A DNA stretch of 64,000 bases. Origin: Akkermansiaceae bacterium (GTDB lineage: Bacteria; Verrucomicrobiota; Verrucomicrobiia; Verrucomicrobiales; Akkermansiaceae). The notes beneath the pieces were generated by a model. It worked only from the letters and a program-made list of their open reading frames with translations, was not told where the DNA came from and searched no databases. Where the stretch lies: assembly GCA_041739215.1 (NCBI GenBank), contig JBGSOI010000029.1:4820-68819 (forward strand). The letters run 5' to 3'. Position 1 is the stretch's first letter. Every line of letters starts with the position of its first letter. Position numbers and translations under genes: made by a program. Positions 39,110 to 51,067 of this stretch are shown in pieces.

Positions 39110-39880
39110 TTAGCGGCGGACAGCAAGGTTGCGGGTGAACATCGCCCTCTTCAGTTTTTTCGGGTCAAATCCCCCGCCGGTCTTGAGATACGAATAGGCG
39201 GAACTCGGGAGGCTGAAGAACTCGGCGGAAAACGCGATAACGGCTTCCGGATAGGTTCCCGAGGCTGTGGTTCCTGCCAGCAATGGCTCGCCGGGTGACG
39301 GGTCTTCGATCGCTCCCGTGGTGGACAAGGTCAATTGGCTGGCACCTGAGACAGTACCGAAGACAAGCTGGGTTGCCTTCACGGCGAACACACGTCCCTC
39401 GAGAGCCTCAAGATCGTCCTTGAAATTACTATCGGTGCCGCCGCTGAGCGTGACCCGCCGCCGGGCCATGGGCACCACGGTATAGTCCTTGCCCGCGACG
39501 CCCGGTGAGGCCGGTGTTGACTTGAAGGGGGCATATGTCCCGTCACTGCGCAACGTTGCATTGAGGTCGCCGCGATACTGGTAGACAAAAATCAGCTCGG
39601 GAGTGGTCGGGTTCATGGAGTCCTCGATGATCTGATAGGCCTTGTCGAACCCCGTGGCGAATTTGCTGGATTCCTCACCTTTGCGCAAGGTCACCAATTC
39701 CTTCTCCAGAGCAGACGCTAGCCGATCCGCCTGCTGGACATTGATCGACTGGCGAATGCCTTCGGCTGCCGGAGTGAAGACCACCATGAAGCCAGTTAGA
39801 AGAACGGCCAGCACGCCGATGGCGATGACGGTTTCGAGAAGAGTGAAGCCGCTGGCGCGGGGATTGGGAGAGGGTTTCAT
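39110..39880 (-). CDS. type IV pilin-like protein (cassette B-like)
   Basis: GFTLLETVIAIGV motif. Confidence 0.75.
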   Translation of the reverse strand: MKPSPNPRASGFTLLETVIAIGVLAVLLTGFMVVFTPAAEGIRQSINVQQADRLASALEKELVTLRKGEESSKFATGFDKAYQIIEDSMNPTTPELIFVYQYRGDLNATLRSDGTYAPFKSTPASPGVAGKDYTVVPMARRRVTLSGGTDSNFKDDLEALEGRVFAVKATQLVFGTVSGASQLTLSTTGAIEDPSPGEPLLAGTTASGTYPEAVIAFSAEFFSLPSSAYSYLKTGGGFDPKKLKRAMFTRNLAVRR

Positions 39881-39883
39881 GAC

Positions 39884-40630
39884 TTAGAATTCGTTGCCGC
39901 TGTCAAGAGACTGGATCTCACTGGAAATCTGGGCCGGGCTGCGGAAAACCGAGGTCCGGCCGTTCCGCCATACCACGAATCCACCGAAGTCGCGCTTGCC
40001 GGCGGAGGTTACTTTTGGCGATTCCATCACCGCGGTCTTGCTACCTCCCCTGGCACCCGTCCCGAGGACAAAACTGGCTCCCGGAGTGGTGCAAATTCCT
40101 TCGGAATTGAATTCGTAAAAAAGATATTTTCCGGCATTTGCCTTGTAGGAGGTGCCGAGCGTCATTTCGTCACTTCCACTGAAATCGGACTTGTTATCGT
40201 GGTCGCGCTTGCTGAATTTTTTGCTGAAGAACACTTGATCCGGGAGCACTGTCCCACGGCCTGCAAGCACCCACTTTTCCGGTGTAGTCTCCACGCCGGT
40301 GGCGGGGTTAACCTCTGCATATGCCACGACTATCTTCCGCAAATGGTCTTCCGGGGAAGGAGTGGCGGTACTGACTGTGCCGCTGCCCGAGGGGATCAGC
40401 ACCATCAGCCGGGCTCTCGTGCGCTGGCCCACGGCTACTGCCCGAGCCTCGTCGAAGAGAGATTCGGCGGTTGCCACGCCACTGGTCACGCCCTTGCCAC
40501 CCATACCCCCCAAGCCGATGGCTCCGGCGGTCATCAAGATGGACATGATGGCAATGACGACGAGCATTTCCACCAAGGTGAAGCCGGGGCCGAGCCGCCG
40601 GGATTGGATATTCAGTTCAACTGCGTTCAT
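39884..40630 (-). CDS. GspH/FimT-like pseudopilin (cassette D-like)
   Basis: GFTLVEMLVVIAI, EARAVAV, EFNSEG, NGRT. Confidence 0.75.
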   Translation of the reverse strand: MNAVELNIQSRRLGPGFTLVEMLVVIAIMSILMTAGAIGLGGMGGKGVTSGVATAESLFDEARAVAVGQRTRARLMVLIPSGSGTVSTATPSPEDHLRKIVVAYAEVNPATGVETTPEKWVLAGRGTVLPDQVFFSKKFSKRDHDNKSDFSGSDEMTLGTSYKANAGKYLFYEFNSEGICTTPGASFVLGTGARGGSKTAVMESPKVTSAGKRDFGGFVVWRNGRTSVFRSPAQISSEIQSLDSGNEF

Positions 40631-40707
40631 GGGTTTGGAGCTTGAGTTCGGGTTAAAATTGGCGTGCTTTCGCCAACCCCGCAAGTGCAAATGTCAATAC
40701 ATCGCAT

Positions 40708-41733
40708 TTACGTGGGTTTTTTATTTGCGGGGTATCGGCCGCCATTCGGACCACTGGTCCAGAGCCACGCGGGCCCCACCATGTCACGGATATTCTTGCG
40801 GCCGGCCTCCCAGCCAAGCAGTTCTTTCGCAAGTGACGGATCAGCTACCAGCGAGGCAGGGTCACCTTCGCGGCGCGGGCCATATTTGACGGGCACGGTC
40901 TTGCCAGTGATTTCCTCGACGGCTGAGATGATCTCTCTCACGGAAACTCCGACGCCGGTGCCAAGATTGCAGCAGACGGATTCGCCCCCAGCCGCCAAGT
41001 GATCGAGTGCCCGGGCGTGGGCATCCGCCAGATCCTCGACGTGGATGTAGTCCCGAATGCAGGTGCCGTCCGGCGTGTCGTAGTCCGTGCCAAAGACTTC
41101 GAGATGGTCGATCTCTCCGGTGACCGCCATCATGACCCGTGGGATGAGATGGGTCTCCGGATTGTGATCCTCTCCGATCCGCCCGTCAGGCGAGCAGCCG
41201 CTGGCGTTGAAATAGCGGAGGCAGGCAAACCGCAGGCCCCAGGCGGCACCGCAGTCCGCGAGGATTTTTTCGACCATCAACTTGCTCATGCCATAAGGAT
41301 TGATAGGCGCTTGCCGGTTGGTCTCGGTGATCGGGAGTTTGTCCGGAACCCCGTAGGTGGCGCAGGTGGAAGAGAAGACGAAGACCTTGCAGCCGCACTC
41401 TTGCATCACCTGAAGCAGCTTGATCGGCTCGGCCGTGTTGTTCTGGTAATACTTCAGCGGGTTGGTGACGGACTCCCCGACGTAGGCATAAGCGGCGAAA
41501 TGAATCACCGCTCCAAACCGATGCTTCTCAAACAACCTGCGGACGAGATCCTGATCGCCCACCTCGCCGACCACCAACTCGACCTCCGGATCAATGATGG
41601 CTTGATCGTGCCCGAACACCAGGTTGTCCAGCACCACGATCTTGCGTCCTTGTCCGGCAAGCAGGCGGACGGTGTGGGAGCCGATGTAACCGGCTCCTCC
41701 AGTGACGAGGATCGGAGAGGTGGTTTCAATCAT
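40708..41733 (-). CDS. galE: UDP-glucose 4-epimerase
   Basis: TGGAGYIGSH, HFAA..YVGES, FSSTCATYG, YGMSK, LRYFNASG, RDYIHVEDLA. Confidence 0.96.
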   Translation of the reverse strand: MIETTSPILVTGGAGYIGSHTVRLLAGQGRKIVVLDNLVFGHDQAIIDPEVELVVGEVGDQDLVRRLFEKHRFGAVIHFAAYAYVGESVTNPLKYYQNNTAEPIKLLQVMQECGCKVFVFSSTCATYGVPDKLPITETNRQAPINPYGMSKLMVEKILADCGAAWGLRFACLRYFNASGCSPDGRIGEDHNPETHLIPRVMMAVTGEIDHLEVFGTDYDTPDGTCIRDYIHVEDLADAHARALDHLAAGGESVCCNLGTGVGVSVREIISAVEEITGKTVPVKYGPRREGDPASLVADPSLAKELLGWEAGRKNIRDMVGPAWLWTSGPNGGRYPANKKPT

Positions 41734-41853
41734 AGGTTTACGACCGCGAGGAAACCGAAGAAACCACTCGCCTGTCAACCCAAGGCAGTCGGTGGTGAAA
41801 AATTCCCCGAGAAACCGTTCGAATAGATGCCTGGCCTGTGGTGTCTTAGCCGC

Positions 41854-42699
41854 ATGACGAAAAAATTCCGCTCTCTGGTCGGCATCGCAGCGGGAGCTAT
41901 GGCTGCCTTGGTTTTCAGCTCGTGTGCCTATGATCCCTATTATTCCTCGGCTTCGGTCGGTGGGACTTACAGCACCGGTGGCTACGGTTATGGCGGCAGC
42001 GGGGTTTCCACCTCCGTCTTCATCGGCACCGGCAATCCGAGCTGGGGCTATGATCCCTACACTTACAGCTACTACGACTATCGCAGCCGCCGCTACTACG
42101 ATCCTTACCTCTATGGCTATTATCCGGTCGGCTACCGTCCGCCGATTGTTTACGGCGCGCCGCATCCCTATGGCTGGCGTCCCGGCAGTGGCTACATCCG
42201 CCCGCCAAGCCGGGTCACCAACGTGATCATTCCGAACTATCAGAACCGGGAATACCGCTACCGCAATTCCAACTACGGCTGGGCGAAACAAGTCCGTTCG
42301 GAGCCGCAGGGTGGCAGGCGGGAGAGCTCCCGCCCGTCACAGGGTGCGTATAACAACAGGAACGACAGGAATTCCCAAACGACCTCTTCCCGCCCCAATA
42401 CCGGATCCCGTCCATCCGCCACCTATTCCCGTGACAGCCAGTCCAGGTCTCAAGGCGGCCAAGCGGTGCGGGGAAGCACCCGGACCGATACCCGCACGCA
42501 AAACAACAACGGCCGCCTGCCATCCCGCTACAACACCCCGGTGACCTCGCCCCAGCAGCAAGCCCGCCAGGGGCAGCGGAACGCCCAACCTAACAAAAAC
42601 TACCGCCCGCAAGCGCAGGGAAACCCGCAAAGAAGCGACCGTGCTCAAAAGCAGAAACAATCCGACGAGGAAAAGAAACGCGACCGCAATTATCGCTAA
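41854..42699 (+). CDS. low-complexity putative lipoprotein (Tyr/Gly-rich then Gln/Arg/Asn-rich)
   Basis: MTKKFR plus hydrophobic stretch and FSSC lipobox; repeated YDPY; polar, probably disordered C-terminus. Confidence 0.7.
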   Translation: MTKKFRSLVGIAAGAMAALVFSSCAYDPYYSSASVGGTYSTGGYGYGGSGVSTSVFIGTGNPSWGYDPYTYSYYDYRSRRYYDPYLYGYYPVGYRPPIVYGAPHPYGWRPGSGYIRPPSRVTNVIIPNYQNREYRYRNSNYGWAKQVRSEPQGGRRESSRPSQGAYNNRNDRNSQTTSSRPNTGSRPSATYSRDSQSRSQGGQAVRGSTRTDTRTQNNNGRLPSRYNTPVTSPQQQARQGQRNAQPNKNYRPQAQGNPQRSDRAQKQKQSDEEKKRDRNYR

Positions 42700-42709
42700 C
42701 TGAATCTTG

Positions 42710-43474
42710 TCATCCCGTCCGCCTGGCTTCGCTCGCCTCCCGCCGCTCCCTGTCGCGGCGGAGGCGTTCCAGCGTAATGCGGGGACGCTGAAGCCACCGG
42801 CCTAACATCCACCCCGCCATGCCGCCGCCGAAGTGACAGGCGTGGCCCAGAAGGAACAGGTTTCCGAAGCCGAGCCCGACCAGCCATTTTCCAAAGCTCG
42901 AAAACCCCGGAACCCCCGCCGCGGGGTCCGCAAGAGCGAGGATCAGTTCCGCCAAAAGGACGCCCAAGCCGAGACTTCTCCCGGAAACCGGCAGCGGCAT
43001 CATCCGCGATTGAGGCGAAAGCGTGGTCAGCAGCAGCAGCAAGGCCGTGAATCCGCCGGAGAAACCCACGAGATAGGGTGCGGCTTCTCCACCGGGCGTG
43101 ACGATCAAATGGCAGATACCCCCGGCAATCACTCCGAAAACCGCTGCCTTCGCCAAGGCTCCCCGCCCGGCCATGTGCTCGATCCTCGATCCGACGAGCA
43201 GCAACAAAACCGCATTGAGTCCCACATGCCACCAAGCCCCGTGAAGGAAGCCGTAGGTGAGTATCTGCCAGACTTTACCGGATAGCACCCCGTCACGGCT
43301 CAGGCCGAACACCTCGAACCAAGACCTCGCCGGCTGATGATCCTGCCCGCCTGCAACGGTGACGGTCAGTTGGATTGCCAGAATCACCCCGACAAACGTC
43401 CAGGCCATCGGCGAGCTTCCGATCTGGCGCAGATTCCGTGCGAAGTTGGAAAAAGGCGCGCCGCTGGAATTCAT
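42710..43474 (-). CDS. rhomboid family intramembrane serine protease
   Basis: WQILTYGFLH, HVGLN, GFSGG, HFGG. Confidence 0.85.
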   Translation of the reverse strand: MNSSGAPFSNFARNLRQIGSSPMAWTFVGVILAIQLTVTVAGGQDHQPARSWFEVFGLSRDGVLSGKVWQILTYGFLHGAWWHVGLNAVLLLLVGSRIEHMAGRGALAKAAVFGVIAGGICHLIVTPGGEAAPYLVGFSGGFTALLLLLTTLSPQSRMMPLPVSGRSLGLGVLLAELILALADPAAGVPGFSSFGKWLVGLGFGNLFLLGHACHFGGGMAGWMLGRWLQRPRITLERLRRDRERREASEARRTG

Positions 43475-43511
43475 GACGGCTCGCGATGTTAGATTGCCTC
43501 GCCCGGCCGGG

Positions 43512-44081
43512 TCACTTCACCACCCGGGCGCGCGGCTCGCGGTGGACGACATCGCCGCCATCGGCACTCGTCACGAACGGACCGCCTTCCAACGGGGCCA
43601 CTCCGGTGAACGCCACGTCCGGCATGTCCGTCGGCCGACCGGCTAACGGGAAATCCTTCCGCAGCGGGAAATAGGGATAACCCTCCCACATCAGGATGCG
43701 CTTCATGTTAGGATGGCCGGTGATGGGAATCCCCATCATGTCCCAGACCTCGCGCTCATGCCAATCCGCACCCACCCAGAGATCGGTCACCGATGACACC
43801 GATTCATCCTCGCTGACCTTCGCTTTGATCCGCAAATGTTTGGAATCGTCGAGCGACGCGATTTCATAAACCATCTCGAACCGCGGGTCGTCGCCGAAAT
43901 GATCGAGACTGGAAATATCCAGGATCATCTCGTAGCCGAGATCGTTTTTGCATTTCGCGAGCACGTCGTGCAGGAAGCCGAGTTCCACCCTGACGGTGTG
44001 CTCCCCGCGGAATTCCAAGGTTTCCCAAATCTTGGCTCCGAACGATTCGCGGAGCGTGGTGACATCGGCTGCGGCTGACAT
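43512..44081 (-). CDS. nuoC: NADH-quinone oxidoreductase subunit C
   Basis: RFEMVY, ADWHEREVWDMMGI, GHPNMKRILM, PLRKDFP. Confidence 0.95.
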   Translation of the reverse strand: MSAAADVTTLRESFGAKIWETLEFRGEHTVRVELGFLHDVLAKCKNDLGYEMILDISSLDHFGDDPRFEMVYEIASLDDSKHLRIKAKVSEDESVSSVTDLWVGADWHEREVWDMMGIPITGHPNMKRILMWEGYPYFPLRKDFPLAGRPTDMPDVAFTGVAPLEGGPFVTSADGGDVVHREPRARVVK

Positions 44082-44105
44082 TTTTAAATTTCAGTTAGGA
44101 GATAT

Positions 44106-44642
44106 TCAGGCGTTCTCTTCCATGAACGTGCGCTTCTGGTCCATCGTGGATTCCTCGCCTTCGATCTTCCTTTGCAGCTTCATCAAGCCCTCAATCAAAG
44201 CTTCGGGCCGCGGCGGGCAGCCGGAAATGTAGACGTCCACCGGGATCAGTTTGTCGATGCCCTGAAGCACCGCATAGCTGCGATACATGCCGCCGGATGA
44301 GGCGCAGGCACCCATCGCGATGCACCATTTGGGCTCCGGCATCTGATCCCAGACCCGCTTCACCGCCAGCGCCATCTTGTAAGTCACGGTCCCGGACACG
44401 ATCAAAACGTCGGCCTGACGCGGAGAAAACCGCATCACTTCCATCCCGAAGCGCGAGATATCGAAGCGGCTCGACGCCGTCGCCATCAGCTCGATCGCGC
44501 AACAGGCCAAGCCCATCGGCATCGGCCACAGTGAATTTTTCCGCATCCAGTTGATGGCGGCATCCACGCGGGTGATGATCACGTTGCCCTCGATCTTCGA
44601 ATCGTAGGCCGTGTGGAGGATACTGGGAGAAGGACTGACCAT
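44106..44642 (-). CDS. nuoB: NADH-quinone oxidoreductase subunit B
   Basis: [30 protein letters not shown]. Confidence 0.96.
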   Translation of the reverse strand: MVSPSPSILHTAYDSKIEGNVIITRVDAAINWMRKNSLWPMPMGLACCAIELMATASSRFDISRFGMEVMRFSPRQADVLIVSGTVTYKMALAVKRVWDQMPEPKWCIAMGACASSGGMYRSYAVLQGIDKLIPVDVYISGCPPRPEALIEGLMKLQRKIEGEESTMDQKRTFMEENA

Positions 44643-44663
44643 AGTGGTTTGCTGGTTGGCGGG

Positions 44664-44692
44664 AGATTGCCCTTGCTACCCCATCCCCTCAA
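44664..44692 (-). promoter_or_regulatory. putative promoter of nuoBC
   Basis: Minus strand TTGAGG-N17-CAATCT. Confidence 0.45.
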
Positions 44693-44695
44693 GCC

Positions 44696-44717
44696 GTTTG
44701 TGAAAATTTTCACAAAC
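44696..44717. promoter_or_regulatory. Rex-type operator upstream of nuoB
   Basis: Perfect 22-bp palindrome GTTTGTGAAAATTTTCACAAAC. Confidence 0.78.
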
Positions 44718-45825
44718 TCCGGCTTCGCGCCACCTTGAGCTCACTTTTCCGGATGTCCCGGGTGGCCTCCCCTGTTCCAGCTTCGAACGGCGGAGTTTCG
44801 AGCCACCTGCCACCGAACTGAAATCGCAACCGGTAGCGCGTGCCCGGCTCCACCTCCACGCGCGGCATGTCATTGAGATCGGCGGTGCCCGCCTTGGTTT
44901 CAAAATCCGCAAAGCCCTGCCCAGCCTCGGTGGTGAGTTTTCCTTTCACAGCCAGACGGTCGTTGTCGTCGAAAAATCGGATCCCGAGCGTCGGCTTGGC
45001 AATCGCTGAAGGCTTGCCGGTGTAGCGGGACGTGACATCGACCGCAGCCACCGACGTGTCCTTTTCCGCCCAGATCATCGGGAATGCTAGACCACCTTTC
45101 TTCCACGATGTGGCGTAAATCGCGTTCGTCGGCTTGGTGCCATCCGCCTTCGCGGCATCTCCCGTGAACCACCCTCGATCCAGGCCAGCCGCGTCGTATT
45201 CGTCGGCACCGGTGAAATGCCAGTCGCCGTCCCAAATCTCAACCCAAGTGTGATTGCCACGACCATTCGTCCACATCGGCGTGCCGACCGCGCGGGCCGG
45301 AATGCCGACCGCCCGGCAAGCATCCACCAGCAGGATTGCGAGCCCGGTGCAGGTCGCCTTGCCCTGCTCCATCGATTCCTTGGGGCTTTGGTTCGTCCGC
45401 TTGCGTCCGGTGTCGTAGTGGGTGTTGATGAGTTTGAAGAACTCCTGGTTCAGCGATTGTGCGGCCTCGGTGATGGTCTTCGCGTCCTTCACCAGCGGCG
45501 CGGCCTTATCGAAAAATTCCGCCCGCCATGGATCGCGAGGCTCGTTGAAAACCGCATAGGGCAGGACATCGTTGAGGAAAATCTCCTCGGGAACACCCTT
45601 CGCCCACGGAAAAGTCTCCCGGGCTTTGAACGCGAGATCCAGATTCTCAGTTAGAAAACCCGCACTCAACTCCTTGCGATCTCCAGCCGGCATGTTCTCC
45701 ACCAGAAAGCTCGCCCCCTTCTCACCAAACGCCCCGTACCTGGCCTTCGCAGTGGAGATGAAATCTTCCGTCGCCGCGGCGACAACGAGCGCGGCGGAAG
45801 CCAGCCAGATTCCAAACGTGTGCAT
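44710..45825 (-). CDS. secreted transglutaminase-like domain protein
   Basis: Signal peptide; FLNDVLPY, ATCTGLAILLVDACRAVGIPAR, NHTWVEIW. Confidence 0.8.
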   Translation of the reverse strand: MHTFGIWLASAALVVAAATEDFISTAKARYGAFGEKGASFLVENMPAGDRKELSAGFLTENLDLAFKARETFPWAKGVPEEIFLNDVLPYAVFNEPRDPWRAEFFDKAAPLVKDAKTITEAAQSLNQEFFKLINTHYDTGRKRTNQSPKESMEQGKATCTGLAILLVDACRAVGIPARAVGTPMWTNGRGNHTWVEIWDGDWHFTGADEYDAAGLDRGWFTGDAAKADGTKPTNAIYATSWKKGGLAFPMIWAEKDTSVAAVDVTSRYTGKPSAIAKPTLGIRFFDDNDRLAVKGKLTTEAGQGFADFETKAGTADLNDMPRVEVEPGTRYRLRFQFGGRWLETPPFEAGTGEATRDIRKSELKVARSRSL

Positions 45826-45944
45826 GGCGGGCATCCTAGCGATCCTCGCAAAATGGTCCACCCGGGATTTACCGTGACAATTCCGCCAGCGAACGAATCT
45901 GGTCGCTGCCGCGGGCCGCGAGGTCTATTCTGCCGCAGCAACAC

Positions 45945-47651
45945 ATGGAGATTTTTCTAATCGACGCCATCGGCCCGTTCTTCCGGGGCTACGACCATCA
46001 GCGGGTCAACTGGTCGAAAATCCCCTTCTCCCATCTCGTCGGTGCCGGCCCGGACCAGTGGCGGCAGATCGAAACCGACTTGCGGAAATTCGCCCGCGAG
46101 GTTGCCGCCCAAGGCTACAACGCCGTGACCCTGGACGACCTCGCCCATCTGGCCCCCCACCCTCTGCACGAGCCGGAAGTGGCCCAGCAGATCGCGACCT
46201 TCCGGGAACATTTCCGGCGCCTGTTCGACATTCTCCATCAGGAATTCGGCCTCAAAATCTATCTGACCACCGATGTCCTGCCGATGACCTCTGCGGTGGC
46301 GACCGGACTCGGCGACGACCTGCAAGTTCTCGAGGATTATTATAAAGCCCTCGTTTGCGGCGTGCTCGATGATTTTCCACAGCTTGCAGGACTCATCATG
46401 CGGATCGGCGAGAGCGATGGAACCGACGTGAACGCCCCGATCCGCACGCAGCTCCACCTAACCAGTGCGCAGGAAACCAACCGCCTGCTCCACCTGTTAG
46501 TGCCTGAGTTCGAGAAACGCGGCAGGAATCTCATCCTCCGCACGTGGACCGTCGGCGCGCACCGGATCGGCGATCTGATCTGGCACGAGGGCACTCTGGC
46601 GGACACTCTCAAAGGCGTGGACTCTCCCAATTTCATCGTCTCGATGAAGCACGGTGAGAGCGACTTCTTCCGCTACCTGCCGCTCAACCGCGCGTTCTTC
46701 CGGGTGCCCCAGAAGAAGATCATCGAGATGCAGGCCCGCCGCGAATACGAGGGCGCGGGCGAATATCCGTCGTTCATCGGCCGCGATTGCGAGCGGTTCG
46801 CCCGCGAACTAACGGCTGCGACTAACATGGTCGGCATGTCCGTCTGGTGCCAGACCGGCGGCTGGCACCGGTTCCGGCGGCTGGCATTTCTGGAGGAAGC
46901 AAACCGCGACGTCTGGATCCGCCTGAACACGGCCGCGGCCATCGGGGTTTTCAAACATGGCAAATCGGTGGAAACCGTCATCGGGGATTTCACGGCCAAC
47001 GCGCCGGCGGTTCTTGAACTGCTGGGCCACGCGGACACCGTCATTCTCGAACTGTTATACATCGAGGAGTTCGCCCGCCAGAAGTTGTTTTTCCGACGTG
47101 TCAGGGTCCCGCCGATACTGCACATGTATTGGGACTGCATCTTCATCAACCACGGCGTGCGCAAGATCATCTCCCATTTCATCACCGATCCCGAACGCGC
47201 CCTGCGCGCCGGCGAAGCCGCGGCCGGGTTGTTCCCGCGAATGATCGAGCTCGCGAAGGAAGCGGAAATGCCGGTGGACGACATCGAACATATGCGCGAT
47301 GCATTCGGCCTGATCCTGCTGGCGCGGCGGTATTATTTCCTGCCCTTCGACCAATCGATGGCGGAGCAGATCCGGACCGCCAAGAAGCAATACAAACAAC
47401 GTTGGCCCAAGGAAATCCGCCAGCGCTACCGGGTGAAGGTTTCCTTCGAGCCCTTCAAGTTGAAACGCCGGACCATCGCCTGGGCCGTGCGCCTGATGGT
47501 GCGGAAAAAGCGTGGCTACCGGATGTTCGACCACCTCTTCACGCTCAACCTGCTAGGATTCGTCTATCGGATCTTCCGCGCCCGCGCGCCGCAGGCGTTG
47601 CCCGCGTTCATGCGGGAATCCGCGATGGGCGTGGATGTGCTTTTCAAATAG
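45945..47651 (+). CDS. uncharacterised protein with a possible glycoside-hydrolase-like TIM barrel
   Basis: Coherent 568-aa ORF; GLIMRIGESDG, LILRTW, KHGESDFFRY, IEMQARREYEG; no signal peptide. Confidence 0.55.
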   Translation: MEIFLIDAIGPFFRGYDHQRVNWSKIPFSHLVGAGPDQWRQIETDLRKFAREVAAQGYNAVTLDDLAHLAPHPLHEPEVAQQIATFREHFRRLFDILHQEFGLKIYLTTDVLPMTSAVATGLGDDLQVLEDYYKALVCGVLDDFPQLAGLIMRIGESDGTDVNAPIRTQLHLTSAQETNRLLHLLVPEFEKRGRNLILRTWTVGAHRIGDLIWHEGTLADTLKGVDSPNFIVSMKHGESDFFRYLPLNRAFFRVPQKKIIEMQARREYEGAGEYPSFIGRDCERFARELTAATNMVGMSVWCQTGGWHRFRRLAFLEEANRDVWIRLNTAAAIGVFKHGKSVETVIGDFTANAPAVLELLGHADTVILELLYIEEFARQKLFFRRVRVPPILHMYWDCIFINHGVRKIISHFITDPERALRAGEAAAGLFPRMIELAKEAEMPVDDIEHMRDAFGLILLARRYYFLPFDQSMAEQIRTAKKQYKQRWPKEIRQRYRVKVSFEPFKLKRRTIAWAVRLMVRKKRGYRMFDHLFTLNLLGFVYRIFRARAPQALPAFMRESAMGVDVLFK

Positions 47652-47655
47652 TCCC

Positions 47656-48527
47656 ATGACCATCCGCACGCGCTTCGCCCCCAGTCCGACGGGACGACTG
47701 CACCTCGGCCACGTGCACGCGGCGCGGGTCGCGCATTCGCTCGCGCGAGACGCCGGCGGGGTTTTCCTGCTGCGGCATGAGGACATCGACGGCCCCCGCG
47801 TGCGCGAGGAATTCTATCAAGGCATCGAGGATGATCTCACTTGGCTTGGCCTGACCTGGGATGGTGAACCACTCCGCCAAACGTCGAGAATCGAGGCTTA
47901 TGACTTTGCGTTGGCATCACTTCGGGAACGAGAACTGGTGTATCCGTGTTTCTGCACCCGCCGCGAGATCCAGGACGAATGGGCGCGGATGGGCGCGGCT
48001 CCCCAGGGACAGGAGGCATCCGTCTATCCCGGAACCTGCCTGAAACTAACACCCCTCGAACAGCACGCCAAGCTTGTCGCGGGCATTCCCCACGCGTGGC
48101 GGTTGGATTCCCGCCGGGCCGCGGAGCTCGCCGGTCCCCTCACCTTCCGCGACCTGCGTTTCGGCGAAATCCCTGTGGCCCCGGAATTGTTAGGCGATGT
48201 GGTTCTCGCGCGGAAAGACATCGGCTCGGCCTATCATCTGGCAGTGGTCGTGGATGACGCGTTCCAGCAAATCACCCACGTCACCCGCGGCGAGGACTTG
48301 CTGTCATCCACCCACGTCCACCGCCTGTTGCAAGTCCTGCTGGAACTTCCCGAGCCGGCCTATCTCCATCACGCGCTGGTGCTGGATGAAGCCGGCCAAC
48401 GGCTCGCGAAAAGGAACGAATCTCTATCCATCAAGACACTGCGGGACAGCGGCATGTCGCCCGTGGAGGTGATGGTGATGGCATCAGTCCGATGCCTGCC
48501 AGCACCGGAACCACCCCCGCGCTACGG

Positions 48528-48531
<4 letters not shown>
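47656..48531 (+). CDS. gluQ: tRNA glutamyl-Q(34) synthetase GluQRS
   Basis: [45 protein letters not shown]; no anticodon-binding domain. Confidence 0.92.
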
Positions 48532-50137
<1,606 letters not shown>

Positions 50138-50141
<4 letters not shown>

Positions 50142-50917
50142 GAGAGTGTTGAATGATCTGTAGTAAGAAGTCGTTCGACTTCGCGGGCTTGTTCCGGGGT
50201 ATCGACTCCAGGTGAGGTGTCGTTGGTGAGAAGGACTTTGATGGTCGCGCCGTTTTCGAGCGCGCGGAGCTGCTCCAACGATTCGGCTCTTTCCAAGGGG
50301 GACGGCGGCCAGGTCACGTAGCGTTCGAGGAAACTCCGCTTGTAGGCGTAAATCCCCTTGTGCCGGAGAACCGGCAGACCCTCGACCGGGTTGCGGAAAT
50401 ACGGCAGGGGCGAACGGGAAAAATACAACGCGCGGCCGTCAAGTGCGATGGCGACCTTGACGACGTTCGGGTCTTGAACCGCAGGATCCGCAGGATCGAG
50501 TGGGTTCGCGGCGGTCGCCATGTCGAGCGCGGGATCGGCGGCCATCGCGGCGGCGAGTTCGTCGATGAGCGCGGGATCGATGAGCGGTTCGTCGCCCTGG
50601 ATGTTCACGATGTGGGTCGCCTGCGGGACTGCTTTTACGGCTTCAGCGATTCGATCAGTGCCGGTGGGATGATCCGGAGAGGTCATGGCGACCTTGCCGC
50701 CGAAGGCGATCACGGCGTCTCGAATCCGGTCATCATCAACGGCGACGATGATTTCATCCAGCTTCGAACACTGCTGGCAGCGCTCCCAAACATGCTGGAT
50801 CAATGGTTTTCCCGCGATCAAATGAAGCGGCTTGCCGGGGAAACGGGTGGACCCCCAACGCGACGGCAGAACGCCGAGAATGTAGGTTGAAGCTGGAGAA
50901 TGGGTCACGCTTGGCAA
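50138..50917 (-). CDS. kdsB: 3-deoxy-manno-octulosonate cytidylyltransferase
   Basis: [45 protein letters not shown]; start may be GTG50908. Confidence 0.95.
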
Positions 50918-51067
50918 AAGTTGGACAACGCTAAGTCACGGACAAGCCTGCGGACAAGAGCGGTTTCGGAAAAAGATTTCCGGCGCGACCGGGCATGGGA
51001 ATCCCATCGGTTTTGGCCCACGCCACGCCACGCTTGCGGGCAAGAGGCATAAGCCCGGTCGGAAGGA

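Noticed and set aside
41734-42291. 186-aa N-terminal extension of galE
   Set aside because: It is the antisense of the lipoprotein gene; GalE homology begins at 41733.
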